Positions 22,790 to 34,005 of a DNA stretch of 37,032 bases are shown here, in pieces. Origin of the DNA: Octopus sinensis (taxonomy: Eukaryota); the NCBI RefSeq assembly GCF_006345805.1, contig NW_021836847.1:1-37032 (forward strand), in the 5' to 3' direction. The first letter of the stretch is position 1, and each line of letters starts with the position of its first letter. The notes under the pieces were generated by a model that made no database searches, was not told the origin of the DNA, and saw only the letters and a program-made list of their open reading frames with translations. The translations under genes and the position numbers were made by a program.

Positions 22790-23608
22790 TGTCCTGTACT
22801 CATATATGCGTGTATATGTACATGTAGAGGTAGGTACGTACATATATGTTTATATATATGCATATGTTTTATTTCTTTTATTAATATATTATATGATGAA
22901 ACGCACGCACCCCCTTAAGTAAGATTGTTCTTTATATCAAGTTTTTGTTCTTGATATATTAACTTTGACGCGCACTCTTAACCTTTCTGTCCCATCCCTT
23001 TCTCAGCCTTCATTCTTTGTTTTCCTTTTCCTCTACTTAACTTGTCTCTTCCTCTCTCTCATTCTTCACTCTCTCTCTCTCAAGGTAATGGACGACATTC
23101 TTTTTGCTCCGCTCGTCGTCCACAAAAAATTCTGCGTTTGCAATACTTTTTTTCGTTCGGCGTTAACAGCCCTTCTTATCTTGTTTTTCCTTGCCCTGTC
23201 TTTTACTGTTTACAATTTGTACTGTCGTTACTGTCCTGTTACCATTTTTTACCCCTCTGCGAAAAGATCTCAGAATTTTAATTGATTTGATTTTCGCAGG
23301 AAGGAAAGTTTTCTTGTCGAAGATACGTCTCGCTTTTATCCTTCGAAACGTAGAGTAGATGAAACCTTTAGCGACTGAAGAAGGGGTTTTTTCTTTGTGT
23401 TAATTGTCCTGTACTCTATTTTTTTTGCTTTTTTTAAATAAATGTTCAGTTCCTTTGGTTTGTGTCTATGTTTTCGTTTCTCTATGTGTTCGACGTCCTT
23501 TTGGTGTCCTGTACTCATATATGCGTGTATATGTACATGTAGAGGTAGGTACGTACATATATGTTTATATATGCATATGTTTTATTTTATTTATTAATAT
23601 ATTATATA
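22786..23608 (+). mobile_element. (TA)n-flanked insert of 1.15 units of a 715-bp repeat (about 107-bp terminal direct repeat) containing a variant hammerhead-like motif at 23311-23355
   Basis: TTGGTGTCCTGTACTCATATATGCGTG...TTAATATATTATAT occurs at 22786-22893 and 23501-23608. The internal motif is TTC-TTGTCGA-A-GATA...TATCCTTC-GAAA-CG-TA/GAG. Confidence 0.7.
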
Positions 23609-23615
23609 TTATATA

Positions 23616-23695
<80 letters not shown>

Positions 23696-23727
23696 CACAC
23701 ATGTGCATATGCACGTATATGTGTATA

Positions 23728-24745
23728 TCTAGAAACTTGACTGATAATAGAAGGCCACGAATAGCCCGTCCTTTTTTTTGTCCTGTTCATCTTTTCATTG
23801 CTTTTCCTGTCCAACCTTTTGTTGTTTTTCCTCTTCGTCTTTCTATCGTCTGTCCGGGTGTTTTATTGTCGTCTGTTGCGTTCATGTTCAATTTTGGGGG
23901 GATTTATATCACATAAAGCGGCGTGCGTACACTTTTGCTCACCTAGTACATAAGTATATATCTAAATTCTGTACCACTTTATTTTATTCCTTCGTTTAGT
24001 ACTCCCTCCTCCCATACTTTCTTCTTTCTTTTCTACTTTTTTACTCGCTTCCCTTCCCTCACGTTTCTTGCCCTTCTCTTTCTTTTATCTACCTATTTTC
24101 CCTCGTTTATCTCCCTTGTACCTTCTGCATGTCCTCTTGATTTTTTTCTCTTTCTCGTTTTCCCCCTGATTCTTCAATCCTTCTGCCCCCTACCACCCTC
24201 CTTTCCTTTCACGTGATCGGTGTTCGGCCAAGCATGATCTTACTTTCTTGACTCGACTGCCAGACACGACTCATCCCTTATCCCTTTCTCCTGACTGTCA
24301 TCTCATATGTTCATCTATGTTCCTGCCTCAAGGACTTCACTCCACACACACACATACACACACACACCAGCTCAACTTGATTCGTCTCGATTAGTCCAAA
24401 GACACCTGTTGTTATTTTCTCGTTGCTTGTATTTGTAACTGAGTAATATTTTCTTCATTTTTGAGGGTTTTTTTTAATTTTAGGCCTTTGTTATCGCCCA
24501 CATTCGCTTGCGTTCTCCCAAAATATTTCATGCTCTTCGCTTAGGTTTTTGGATCCGGCCAGATTTGAACAGTCTCAAGTGTAACAAGCCGAAACTGTAA
24601 GACTAATCTGGAAACTTGACTGATGAGAGAAAGCCATGAATAGCACGATCTTGTTTTGTCCTGTCCGTCCTTTTGTACCTTTTCTGCCCGTCTTCCCGTT
24701 GTCTGTCTGGATGTCGTTTGTTGCGTTCTTGTTCCATTTTTGGGA
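23728..24745 (+). mobile_element. Two diverged copies of an unclassified (TA)n-associated repeat (family D); a third copy lies at about 34430-34800
   Basis: Shared blocks: AAAGACACC.GTTGTTATTTTCT.GTTG.TTGTAT, GTCTCAAGTGTAAC..GCC.GAAAC, and ACTTGACTGA.(G/A)A...CCA.GAAT. Confidence 0.55.
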
Positions 24746-24763
24746 TATATATATATAATATAT

Positions 24764-24845
<82 letters not shown>

Positions 24846-24901
24846 GTGTGTGTGTATATATGTATATATATATTATATAATATATATATATATATATATA
24901 G

Positions 24902-24942
<41 letters not shown>

Positions 24943-24951
24943 GTGTGTGTA

Positions 24952-24994
<43 letters not shown>

Positions 24995-25020
24995 TGTTTA
25001 TATATATATATATATATATG

Positions 25021-28000
25021 ATTGATTGATTGATTGATTGATTGATTCTAGTTTCAGCTTATGAGCTGTGGCCATGCTGGGGCACCGCCATTTGGTGTTG
25101 CTACTTGGTTTCACTTCATGGAGGCTTTTTAGCAACTGCTATTTGGTGCATGAGAGAGTTCGATGCAGCTGCCCTCATCTGCCCCTCCTGCCGTGAAGTT
25201 GGTTCATCTGGGACACCTGACAGGAAGAGATCCAGCTTCATTTTAAAGACATCTGTATCCACCCCATGCAGGTCTCTCAGGTTCTTCGGGAGGATATTGA
25301 AGAGCTGTGGGCCTCGGAAGCCCAGGCTATCACAGAATCTTGTCCTACATCTTGATGGCAGGTTTGGAGTCCTAGGCACCACGCAGTGGCGCCCAGTTCT
25401 GGCATTTGCGTAACTCTCGATGCCAAAGTTCAGGACACTTCCCTCCAGGATCTTCCAGATGTATATTATGGCATATCTTTCCCGCCTACGCTCCAGGGAA
25501 TATAATTTAATCTCTTGAGTCTTTCCCAGTAGCTTACATTCTGCATAGAGGCTATCTTCTTTGTGTAGCTTCGTTGGATCGCCTCAAGTTCTGTGATCAA
25601 CTTGACACTGGATGGTGACCATAGCTGAGAGCAATAGTCAAAGTGGCTTAGGACAAGTGTCTTCCAGAGGACCATCATGGTTTCTTGTTCTCTTGTTCTA
25701 AAGGTTCTAAGAATCCATCCAGCCAGCCGTCTACATTTCATTGTCAGTTTAGCAACATGTGCATGAAAGGTCGCGTCATCACTCATGTGAATACCCAGGT
25801 CACGCACTGATTGTGCCTCTGGGATTGCAATCCCTCCGGGTCCAGTGTATTCATTGGGTATTGCATTCAGTTTTGCATGCTGATAGTATAAAGCTTGAAA
25901 CTTTCCAGCATTGAACTGCATGCTATTCTTTTCAGCCCACTTGTATATTTCGTCCAGCTCACATTGCAGGTGTTTAGTGTCCTCAGGGTTCTGTATTGCC
26001 TGTGAAACTTTTGTATCATCTGCATAACTTGTGATCGTGGCTGAGGGCATGTCTGAGAGGGCCATTATGAACAGTAGTGGTCCCAGAACAGTGCCCTGCG
26101 GAACACCGCTCACTATTTGTGTGTTAATGGAGGTGGCCCCATTGGCTACTACCACCTGACTTCTATCCTTCAGAAAGTCATGAAGCCATTCTCCCAGTTT
26201 TCCAACTATGTTGAGATCACGCAGTTTGTGACATATCATTCCATGATCGACTTTATCAAAGCCTTTGCAAAGTCGAGATATATCACTTCCACATTTGAGT
26301 GGTTGAGCAGCCGTTTCAGCACCCAGTCATAGTGTTGTAGGAGCTGAGTTAAACAGCTTCTCCCTGGTCGGAAACCATGTTGGGTGTCGGGCAGCAAGTC
26401 ATTCTCTTCAAGGAAGGTGATCAGCTTCCTTCTGACTATTCGTTCCATGACCTTGCTGATGTGTGAGGTCAGAGAGATAGGTCTATTATTCTTGGCTTCC
26501 GCTCTGCTACCTCCTTTATGAATGGGGCATATTTTACCTTCCTTCAGTTTTCCTGGAAGTTTGCCAGCTGCAAGGAAGCTCTGAAAGAGGAACTGCAGTG
26601 GTCTTGCTAGGACTCTCTTACATGCTTTTAGGAGGATTGCCGGAAATCCATCGGGGCCAGTAGCTGAGTCTGTTTTCATTTCATCTATAGCCTTGGTTAC
26701 ATCGTCTTCCTTTATATCGATGTAATCTATCGTCGCCGCCTCTGATTTTATATCTGCAGTGGTAAAAAAGTCAGTTGGATTGGTGATTTGGAGATGCCCA
26801 AGGGGTGGAGTGAAAACACTCTTGAATTGCTCATTCAGTATTTCACTTACCCTCATTGGTTTTCCTGTAAGTGTGCCATCCTTTTCGAGGAGTGGCCCTA
26901 TTCTACAGTGCACTGTAGCCGTTTCTTTGGCATACCTGTAGAAAGCTCTGGGGTTAGATTTTATGTTTTCTATAGCCCAGGCTTCTTTGTCTGCTCTTTC
27001 TTTTCATGGGAGAGTTGCAGACATTTTTCGATTTCCAGCAGTTTATTTTTAGGCGGGACTTTTCACTGCTTTCAATCTGTTTGTTTAGGCGATTTGAAAA
27101 TTTCGTACGCCGTCTCATTAAAATTTTCCTCTCTCTGGGGATTTTGTTCTTGTGTACAGTGGCCTTTCTCTCTGGGACACATTTGTAGCATATGGCTTGC
27201 ATTACAGACATGAATTGTTGAAGTTTCACGTCGATGTCTGGCGAGGAGAGACATTAGGCCAGTTTTGTTTGAGGATCTCTTTCTCAATTTGTTTCCAGTT
27301 TGCCTTATGGTAGTTCAAGCTGGAAAGATTTTGAGGGTTTCTTGTAGGCTGCATGTCCGTGCTCTCTTTTGGCCCGTACATGGTCAGCTCTATCATGTTG
27401 TGGTCCGAGAGTAGTGTCGGTGTCACTTTCACATTATGGATGAGATCCATGTCATTTGTGAAGCAGAGATCCAGTGTGTTACCTGCCCTGGTTGGTTGGA
27501 GTATTACCTGCTCCATGTACAGGGTGTTGATGAGGTTCAGGAGGGACCTCGCCTGTCCTCGTTCACATCTTGTCATTCCTGGAGAGAAAGGCCCTCGGGC
27601 CATCTGACATTGGGCAGATTGAAGTCTCCCATAAGAAGCACACCTATGTGTTTTCTAATGTGGTTAGAATTTCTTCTATTTTTATAAGGCAGTCTTCAAA
27701 CTTGCCCACATGGCTTGGGGCATCTGGAGGGCGATATGTAGCACACCACTACATCAAGTTGCCTAATATGTACAATTAGTGTGTCACACACCGAGTTTGA
27801 GTATGACAAGAGGACCTGGGGTGTGAGGTCCTCACGGATGTACATAGCAACACCTCCATGACTCCTTTCTTTCCTGTCGGTCCGTAGTACAGCATACTGT
27901 GGTATGTGTAACTCCGCATCTGCTATGTCCGGTTTCAGGTGCGTTTCTGTAAGTGCTATGCATAAGGCTTGATTGCATGCAACAAAGTCTCTCAGGAACG

Positions 28001-28349
28001 GGATCTTTGTCCTGTTACTGAGTGTTTGCAGTCCTCTGATGTTCAGTAGGAGTATCGAGGTGAGGTGTACGTTGTTGCCGGCGGTGTCCATCCTGTGTCT
28101 GTTTGCTGTGGTGGTCTGGTATATAGTGGGTAGTCCCACCTGCGGGCTTGGGTTTGATGAAGCCAGGTCAGCTGCTGTACAATCTTTTGTGCCATGCACA
28201 AAAAAGATTGTTGCTCAGCAGCTGCTCTTTCGACAACATCATGTTGGCTGTTTGTGGCGCGCACACATCTGCGTACCTCTCGCTTTGGGGCAGGTGGTGC
28301 GTAGTCCATCCCTTTTCTTTGTGTTGATGGTTTGTCCATCTGCCTCGTG
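25021..28349 (-). mobile_element. 5'-truncated CR1-group (CR1/L2/Crack-like) LINE with a (CAAT)n tail, flanked by (TA)n on both sides
   Basis: APE motifs (LLNIRGL, LTETHL, RTDR...GGVAMY, GDFN, SDH) and RT motifs (QHGF, YLDFAKAFDKV, GVPQGTVLGPLLF, YADD, DLGI). The 3' UTR has a stem-loop and (CAAT)n. Confidence 0.95.
25116..28064 (-). pseudogene. LINE ORF2 (endonuclease-reverse transcriptase), about 985 codons when reconstructed, split by about 8 single-base deletions
   Basis: The track ORFs 27696-28199, 27226-27603, 26954-27229, 26236-26913, 25466-26239 and 25116-25382 join into one ORF2 by manual frame correction. No in-frame nonsense codon was seen in the reconstructed frame. Confidence 0.9.
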
Positions 28350-28357
28350 ATATATAT

Positions 28358-28416
<59 letters not shown>

Positions 28417-28957
28417 ATATATATATATATTATATATATATTACTATATATTATACATAACATATATATACATATATAACATATACATATACATACATAC
28501 ATACATGCATATATATTTATTATATATATATATATAATTATATATACTTTTATCAGTTGGTTTTGCAAGATTCCTGATGTGAAATTGTGTTGTTGAAACA
28601 GATATTTTTTGTCTTTTATTGCCAAATAATCAGATGCACTATATATTTTTCTCAACTCGTTTATTACATTTCTTATTTTAACTTATGTCCATTGTCTCGA
28701 ACTCTTTCGTCACACATCTGCGACCTCTTCAGCAACATTTTTCGTTTTCATGTGTGTTCTTGTTACACTTACTCCATTCTGTTCTTCTAAGATGTGTATC
28801 CTTATGTGCGCATGCATTTGTGTCCTTGTCCGTGCGTGTGTGTATGTGTGTGTATGCTTGTGTGTGTCATAGTTTTTAGCAACATCATGGCCTTCCCCTC
28901 ATCAGCCCCATCCTCTCACCCCATTGTGCTGCTGCTGTTTGTATGTTTGTTTGTTTG

Positions 28958-29226
28958 TTGACCGAACGGTCTTCGTCCCAGAGCTCGCAAGATGGGAGAA
29001 GTCCGAAACGTGATCCTTTGCTATTTGTAAGACCCGCAGAAGAGAAAGCAGGTCAACCCCCGACACCGAGAGCATTGACGGATGGATGAATGCGCATCCA
29101 GGCTCAGCGGTTGCGTAGGAAGTCGGGGACAAGAAACAGGAAGAAAGAGTGAGAGAAAGTTGGAGCAAAGCGTACAACAGGGGTCGCCACCATCCCCTGC
29201 CGGAGCCTTGTGGAGCTTTAGGTGTT
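28958..29226 (-). mobile_element. SINE family C, lacking the tRNA head
   Basis: Matches the body and tail of 1179-1541 (GGGAGAAGTCCGAAACGTG...GGAGCTTTAGGTGTT on the plus strand). Confidence 0.85.
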
Positions 29227-30054
29227 GTTGCTGCTGTCTTAAGACCACCCCCCCAAAAATGGTACAGTTCCTATGTTCCTCTGTGTATGTGTGTTCGCCC
29301 ACGGTGTTGCCATTGTGGTAGTTGTTCTTGTGGTAGTTGTTCTTGTCGTGGTTGTTGTTATTTCTGTCGTTGGCACCACCGCTACTGCTGATGTTGTTAC
29401 TTGTGTTGTTGACATTGTTATGGCCGTCCATGAAATTTCATGTGTGTATGTGCTACTGTGTCTATGTCTATGTCTTATATCTATCACAGATATGTAACAG
29501 ATATATTTATATATTTATTTGAGCGGTTACTGTTTATATCTCGTTCGGAGATTTATTAATGCTTTCAGACAGTTTTTCTAAATCAGTGACTGTGGTTGCT
29601 GGGAAAAACGTTAAATATTATTTGCAAAGGTCTCCTTCATCGAAAACCGGTGTTTACCATACGTTGACGAGAGGCAAATACCTTGAAACTATAGTCCGTA
29701 TGTATCACTTAAGGTTTTCGAGGGAGGATGACCTCCCTTTGCAGATAACACAAGGGCACTGAAATTGTGTCTAAGGCCAGCTGGAGACGTTGATCTCCTG
29801 GGGCTAAAAGCGTCAGTAACACCCCACCCCCAGTGGCTAGCCACATTCAGATGGCTAGTACACTTTACGTTATATATTTATTTATTTACTCATTATTAAT
29901 ATCTTTTTTATACATCTATCTCTATTTCTCATAAGTATCACAGGTAAGTGCATAGATGAGTATTGTGTGTGTATAACCCTGTATGTTTCTGTGTATTATT
30001 TACGGTTTTTATTTTTTGCATCTCTCTTCTCATCCCTACTGTCTTTAGTAATAT

Positions 30055-30790
30055 GGTGTGGGGGTGGGTGTTACTGTTCCATTCATGTTTTCTACGGAGG
30101 ATCGTTCTATCTATTGCTGTGTGTAGCCTCTAGAAACTGTCCAAGTGTCGTGTCAGTTCTGTGTCGATAGTACTTTAACCTCTATGCTATTAATGGAGCA
30201 TCCATGTTTCTGCCTGAGCATGTTGGTAGAGCACTGACGAGTGTTTCCCTTCATTGAGCTCTCACCAATGTTCACCTATATGCTCCCCTATGCTGCGTGC
30301 AGTCTCTCCAATTTAGGTGATTGTCATGTTTCTGCGCCGCCCTTCAGTACATCGTAAGCTATACACTAATATTCCGAACCTTACAATTAACCTGTGGGTT
30401 CATCCTGCATATAACACAATTGTACTCCGTACAGGGGTACTTACCAAAGGGATAGGTGTTTCAGATCAGGGATTTTAAAGGGGCACTAGGCCTCTGTACT
30501 ACTTTAATTCGTATATTAGCCTTACTTAATGTTTTTTCTAAAAAGTTCTAGTTTGCTGCCAGGGATAGCATCAACAAACATGACACCTTTGGGTGGGGGT
30601 GTTGTCATACCAACTATAAGACTTATTTATCTTATTACCGGTTGTTCCAGGATTTACTCCTGTACAGCGGGTAGATCCCCTTAGCATCACTCTCTATCAT
30701 GGCTTTGTACTTAGTCCTGGCTCCTTTGTACACTCTTGTACAGTAACTTCTGGATTGAAAAGACCCTATTGTATAACTGGTATTTGACTT
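30055..30790 (-). pseudogene. Decayed Penelope-like element (Neptune-type linker and GIY-YIG)
   Basis: Piecewise translation: YPLYRSKSW...SWYD...VMFVDAIPGSKL...IKVVQRPSAPLKSLI*NTYPFGKYPCTEYNCVIC...C...VYSLRC...*IGETARSIGEHIGEH...SSVLYQH...QFLEA...KHEW. Multiple stops and frameshifts. Confidence 0.8.
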
Positions 30791-31084
30791 GTGTAAGAAA
30801 AACTGAGTGGTTAATCATCATTTGCAATATGCTTCAAAACCTTTATCATTTCCCCCATCTCTCTACCGATCCAAACTACAGTCTCCGTTCTCAATTTTAA
30901 TGATAACATTAAACTTTCATGGTTATCTCCAATTAATCAGAAAGCTAATATATTTTGTCCTAATTACGGCTGTCATTTTAAGTAATTAAAATGTTTTGGT
31001 TCCTCGCATTATATTAGATCCAACTTAGCTAATAGCTGTATATACAGAAGGCCTCCTTAAGTAATTCAACCCACCACCACCACT

Positions 31085-31350
31085 TAGATAGGTTTCGGCC
31101 ACATTGGTCCAAGCCATAACTAACTTAATAGCACCACCTGGAAAAGACATTTAGTAATGTATTTTTGTGTAGTTATTTTTAGGCACCGTTGCCCATTCGA
31201 TTAAAGAGTTGCTGTTTGCAGCAGTATATCCGGGTGTAGGTTGTTTGTCTAGAATTTGCTGGAGATATTCATCCAGGAACTTTTTGAAGGTTATGAAATC
31301 TTTTTCCTCCTTTATGTGTTTTGGAATGATGTTCAAAAGGGCAGGGTCCA
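31085..31350 (-). mobile_element. 3'-end fragment of a second CR1-group LINE family
   Basis: NIIPKHIKEEKDFITFKKFLDEYLQQILDKQPTPGYTAANSNSLIEW resembles the end of the large LINE ORF2. The tail reads GGTGGTGC...ATGGC..stem-loop..GAAAC. Confidence 0.75.
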
Positions 31351-31435
31351 GTTGAGGAGAAGTAATTCTGTCTGAATTTAGCGTCTTATAATACTAGATT
31401 TATATATCTTAAATTTGCAAAAGAATTTGTCGTTG

Positions 31436-31510
31436 GGGTGTTTAGCTTAATGGTAAAGCACTTGATGCGTAATCACAGGAATGTGAGTTCGAGTCTCATG
31501 TTCAGCCCGA
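31436..31510 (+). pseudogene. Degenerate tRNA-like sequence (tRNA pseudogene or SINE head; CGT in the anticodon position)
   Basis: A box TAGCTTAATGGTAAAGC and B box GAGTTCGAGTC. The acceptor and anticodon stems are imperfect. Followed by decayed SINE B and SINE A pieces (31510-31735). Confidence 0.45.
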
Positions 31511-31844
31511 CGCTATAGTAGAAGATACATGTCCAAGATGCTACACGGTGGGACTGAACCCGGAACCATGTGTTTGGGAAACAAGCTTCTTATGTGAAAC
31601 CTATATCGGTTTAACATAAAAAAAATTAAATGGATTATGGCTTTGCGTTCTAAGTTCAAATGGTGCTAAGTTTGACTCAGCTTTTCATCCAATCGGGGTC
31701 GATAAAGTAACAATGAAGGACTGGAGTCGACCTACACGGCAAAGCCACGCATGCGCTGTGGTTTCTGCGCTTCTGCTACAATTTGGAACGCTTATAAGTA
31801 TTGCTATATTTTCAATAAAATACAAAACTTTCTATGTCACAATT

Positions 31845-32225
31845 TGATTGCAGCCATCCTGGAGCGCCGCCTTTAGTCGATCAATTCGGCCTCAGGACAT
31901 ATTATTTGGAAGCCTAGTACTTATTCTATCCGCCTCTTGTGCTGAACCGCTAAGTTACGGAGACGTAAACACACCAACATCAGTTGTCAAGAGATGGTGG
32001 AGGACAAACAGGCACACACACACACACACACACACAATATATATATATATATATATACGACGGGCTTCTTTCAGTTTCCGTCTACCAAATCCATTCACAA
32101 GGCTTTGGTCGGCCCGAGGCTATAGTAGAGCACACTTGACCAGAGTGTCACACAGTGGGACTGAACCCGGAGCCATGTGGTTGAGAAGCAAGTTTTTTAT
32201 CACACGACCACGCCTGCGCCTGTGT
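31845..32225 (-). mobile_element. SINE family B, older copy
   Basis: Collinear with 8417-8820 but with more substitutions. Confidence 0.85.
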
Positions 32226-32330
32226 ATATATAGGTATGTATATATGTATATATATGTATGTATATATATTTGTGTGTGTGCGTGTTGGTGTGTATAGATA
32301 TATCAATAACAACAGACGGATAATGTATCA

Positions 32331-32373
32331 ATCCACTACAGCTGTTTACAACGAATATTATCGTCAGGTGAAT
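32331..32373 (-). ncRNA. Hammerhead motif with one core lesion
   Basis: ATTCAC-CTGACGA-taatattcgttg-TAAA-CAGCTG-TA/GTGGAT. Stem I is 6 bp and the palindrome is ACAGCTGT, but the GAAA box reads (G)TAAA. Confidence 0.55.
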
Positions 32374-32466
32374 ACATGAACCAAAACATTCAAAAACATT
32401 CAAAAGCCAACAGCATGTGCATCTCCGTGATTCTATGACCATTGGTGCTCCTTGAATCCTGATCCA

Positions 32467-32512
<46 letters not shown>

Positions 32513-32613
32513 CATATATATATGTGTATATATATATATACATATATATATGCATATATATATACGTATATGTATATATGTATATATATGCATATATATA
32601 TACATATATATAT

Positions 32614-32662
<49 letters not shown>

Positions 32663-32749
32663 CTATATATATATGTATATATGTATATATATACATATAT
32701 ATATGTATATATATGTGTGTATATATATATCTACATATATATACGTATA

Positions 32750-32795
<46 letters not shown>

Positions 32796-32806
32796 TATAT
32801 ATATAT

Positions 32807-33631
32807 AATTCCTTAAATGCTGTACGTAGATATAATTCTGATAATAATTTTAATATGATAAAGAATTATAAATACAATAATAATAATAATGACAGTTATA
32901 ATAATAAGGTAAATAAGAATAAAATTTGGCTAATAGTTCCTTATGGTGATCAAGTTAAAACGAATATTATTAAAGAGATTTTAGATATTATCGAACTATT
33001 TATTAGAGACAATCGTAAATATAAAAATATTTTCTCTAGTAATAATTTTGGAGTAGATTATTCCACCACTAATAATGTAGGTAACATTATTTCTTCATTT
33101 AATAAATTTAAACTGAATAATTTTTATAAAAATAAATTATTTAATAATACTAATAATAAAGATAAGACATATATTAATTGTACTTGTAGAGATAAATCTA
33201 AATGTAAATTAAATAATAAATGCGATATTAACGATGTAGTGTATAAATGTATAGTTACATTACATGATAATAACTTTAAGAATAATAATTACCCAAAAGC
33301 GATTTATATAGGATCTACTTCCTCTAAAATAAAATTAAGAATCGCACAACATCTGAATTCTTTTAAAAATAAAAACTTAATCAACTCCACTGGACTTAGT
33401 AAGTACATTTGGAGACTTAAATCACAAAATATTAATTATAATTTATCTTGGGAAATAATTTGTAAAACCAAATCATATACTATAGGAGCGAATTTTTGTT
33501 ATTTATGCTCTAATGAGTTTAAGGAAATTTTATTTTATAAGTATGATAATTTACTTAATACAGGTGAAGAGCGCAAAATAAAATGCAGACATAGGTTACT
33601 TTACCTATATAATAAGTTTCATGATAAATAA
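32807..33631 (+). CDS. 5'-truncated Penelope-like ORF: Cys-rich linker and GIY-YIG endonuclease (274 open codons)
   Basis: [15 protein letters not shown] linker, then VVYKC...IYIGST...KLRIAQH...STGLSKYIW...WEII...CYLCSNE...LLN...CRH. The part of the track ORF before 32807 is only (TA)n read-through. Confidence 0.9.
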   Translation, partial: NSLNAVRRYNSDNNFNMIKNYKYNNNNNDSYNNKVNKNKIWLIVPYGDQVKTNIIKEILDIIELFIRDNRKYKNIFSSNNFGVDYSTTNNVGNIISSFNKFKLNNFYKNKLFNNTNNKDKTYINCTCRDKSKCKLNNKCDINDVVYKCIVTLHDNNFKNNNYPKAIYIGSTSSKIKLRIAQHLNSFKNKNLINSTGLSKYIWRLKSQNINYNLSWEIICKTKSYTIGANFCYLCSNEFKEILFYKYDNLLNTGEERKIKCRHRLLYLYNKFHDK

Positions 33632-33824
33632 TAATTATTTAATAACATTAATAACTCCCTATTAAAGGTTATTCTATATAAATTTTATGTGTTTAGAATA
33701 CCATTATAATTTTTTAGTTATGTAGTTTAGGTTTTAATTATAGTTAGGCTATAAATGGTATTTCTTTGTATTAATTAATTTATTAGTAATGTATATTAAT
33801 ATATAATTGAGTCTGATCTGATAT

Positions 33825-33871
33825 CCACCTGATGAATGTCCTTTGAAGAGACATGAAACAATTGTAGTGGC
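33825..33871 (+). ncRNA. Canonical minimal type I hammerhead ribozyme
   Basis: CCAC-CTGATGA-ATGTCCT-ttgaag-AGGACAT-GAAA-CAATTG-TA/GTGG. Perfect core, 4-bp stem I, 7-bp stem II and palindrome ACAATTGT. Predicted cut is after A33867, about 200 nt downstream of the GIY-YIG stop. Confidence 0.88.
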
Positions 33872-33960
33872 GAATTTAATTTTATTTAATATTAAATTTT
33901 TTTATGTATTGGATTAAGTCTTTCTTTGTTTGATTTGCAAAAGAGTGGTTTTGTCTCTAA

Positions 33961-34005
<45 letters not shown>

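Noticed and set aside
28690-28740. Minus-strand CTGAAGA-G-GTCGCA-gatg-TGTGAC-GAAA
   Set aside because: The core and stem II are good, but no cleavage triplet with a matching stem I follows. At most a relic.
31436-31510. Functional tRNA-Thr(CGT) gene
   Set aside because: The acceptor and anticodon stems are mispaired and it sits among SINE debris, so it is listed only as a tRNA-like relic.
32498-32806. N-terminal 103 aa of the 377-aa ORF
   Set aside because: Pure (TA)n-derived YI repeats; the real coding similarity starts at 32807.
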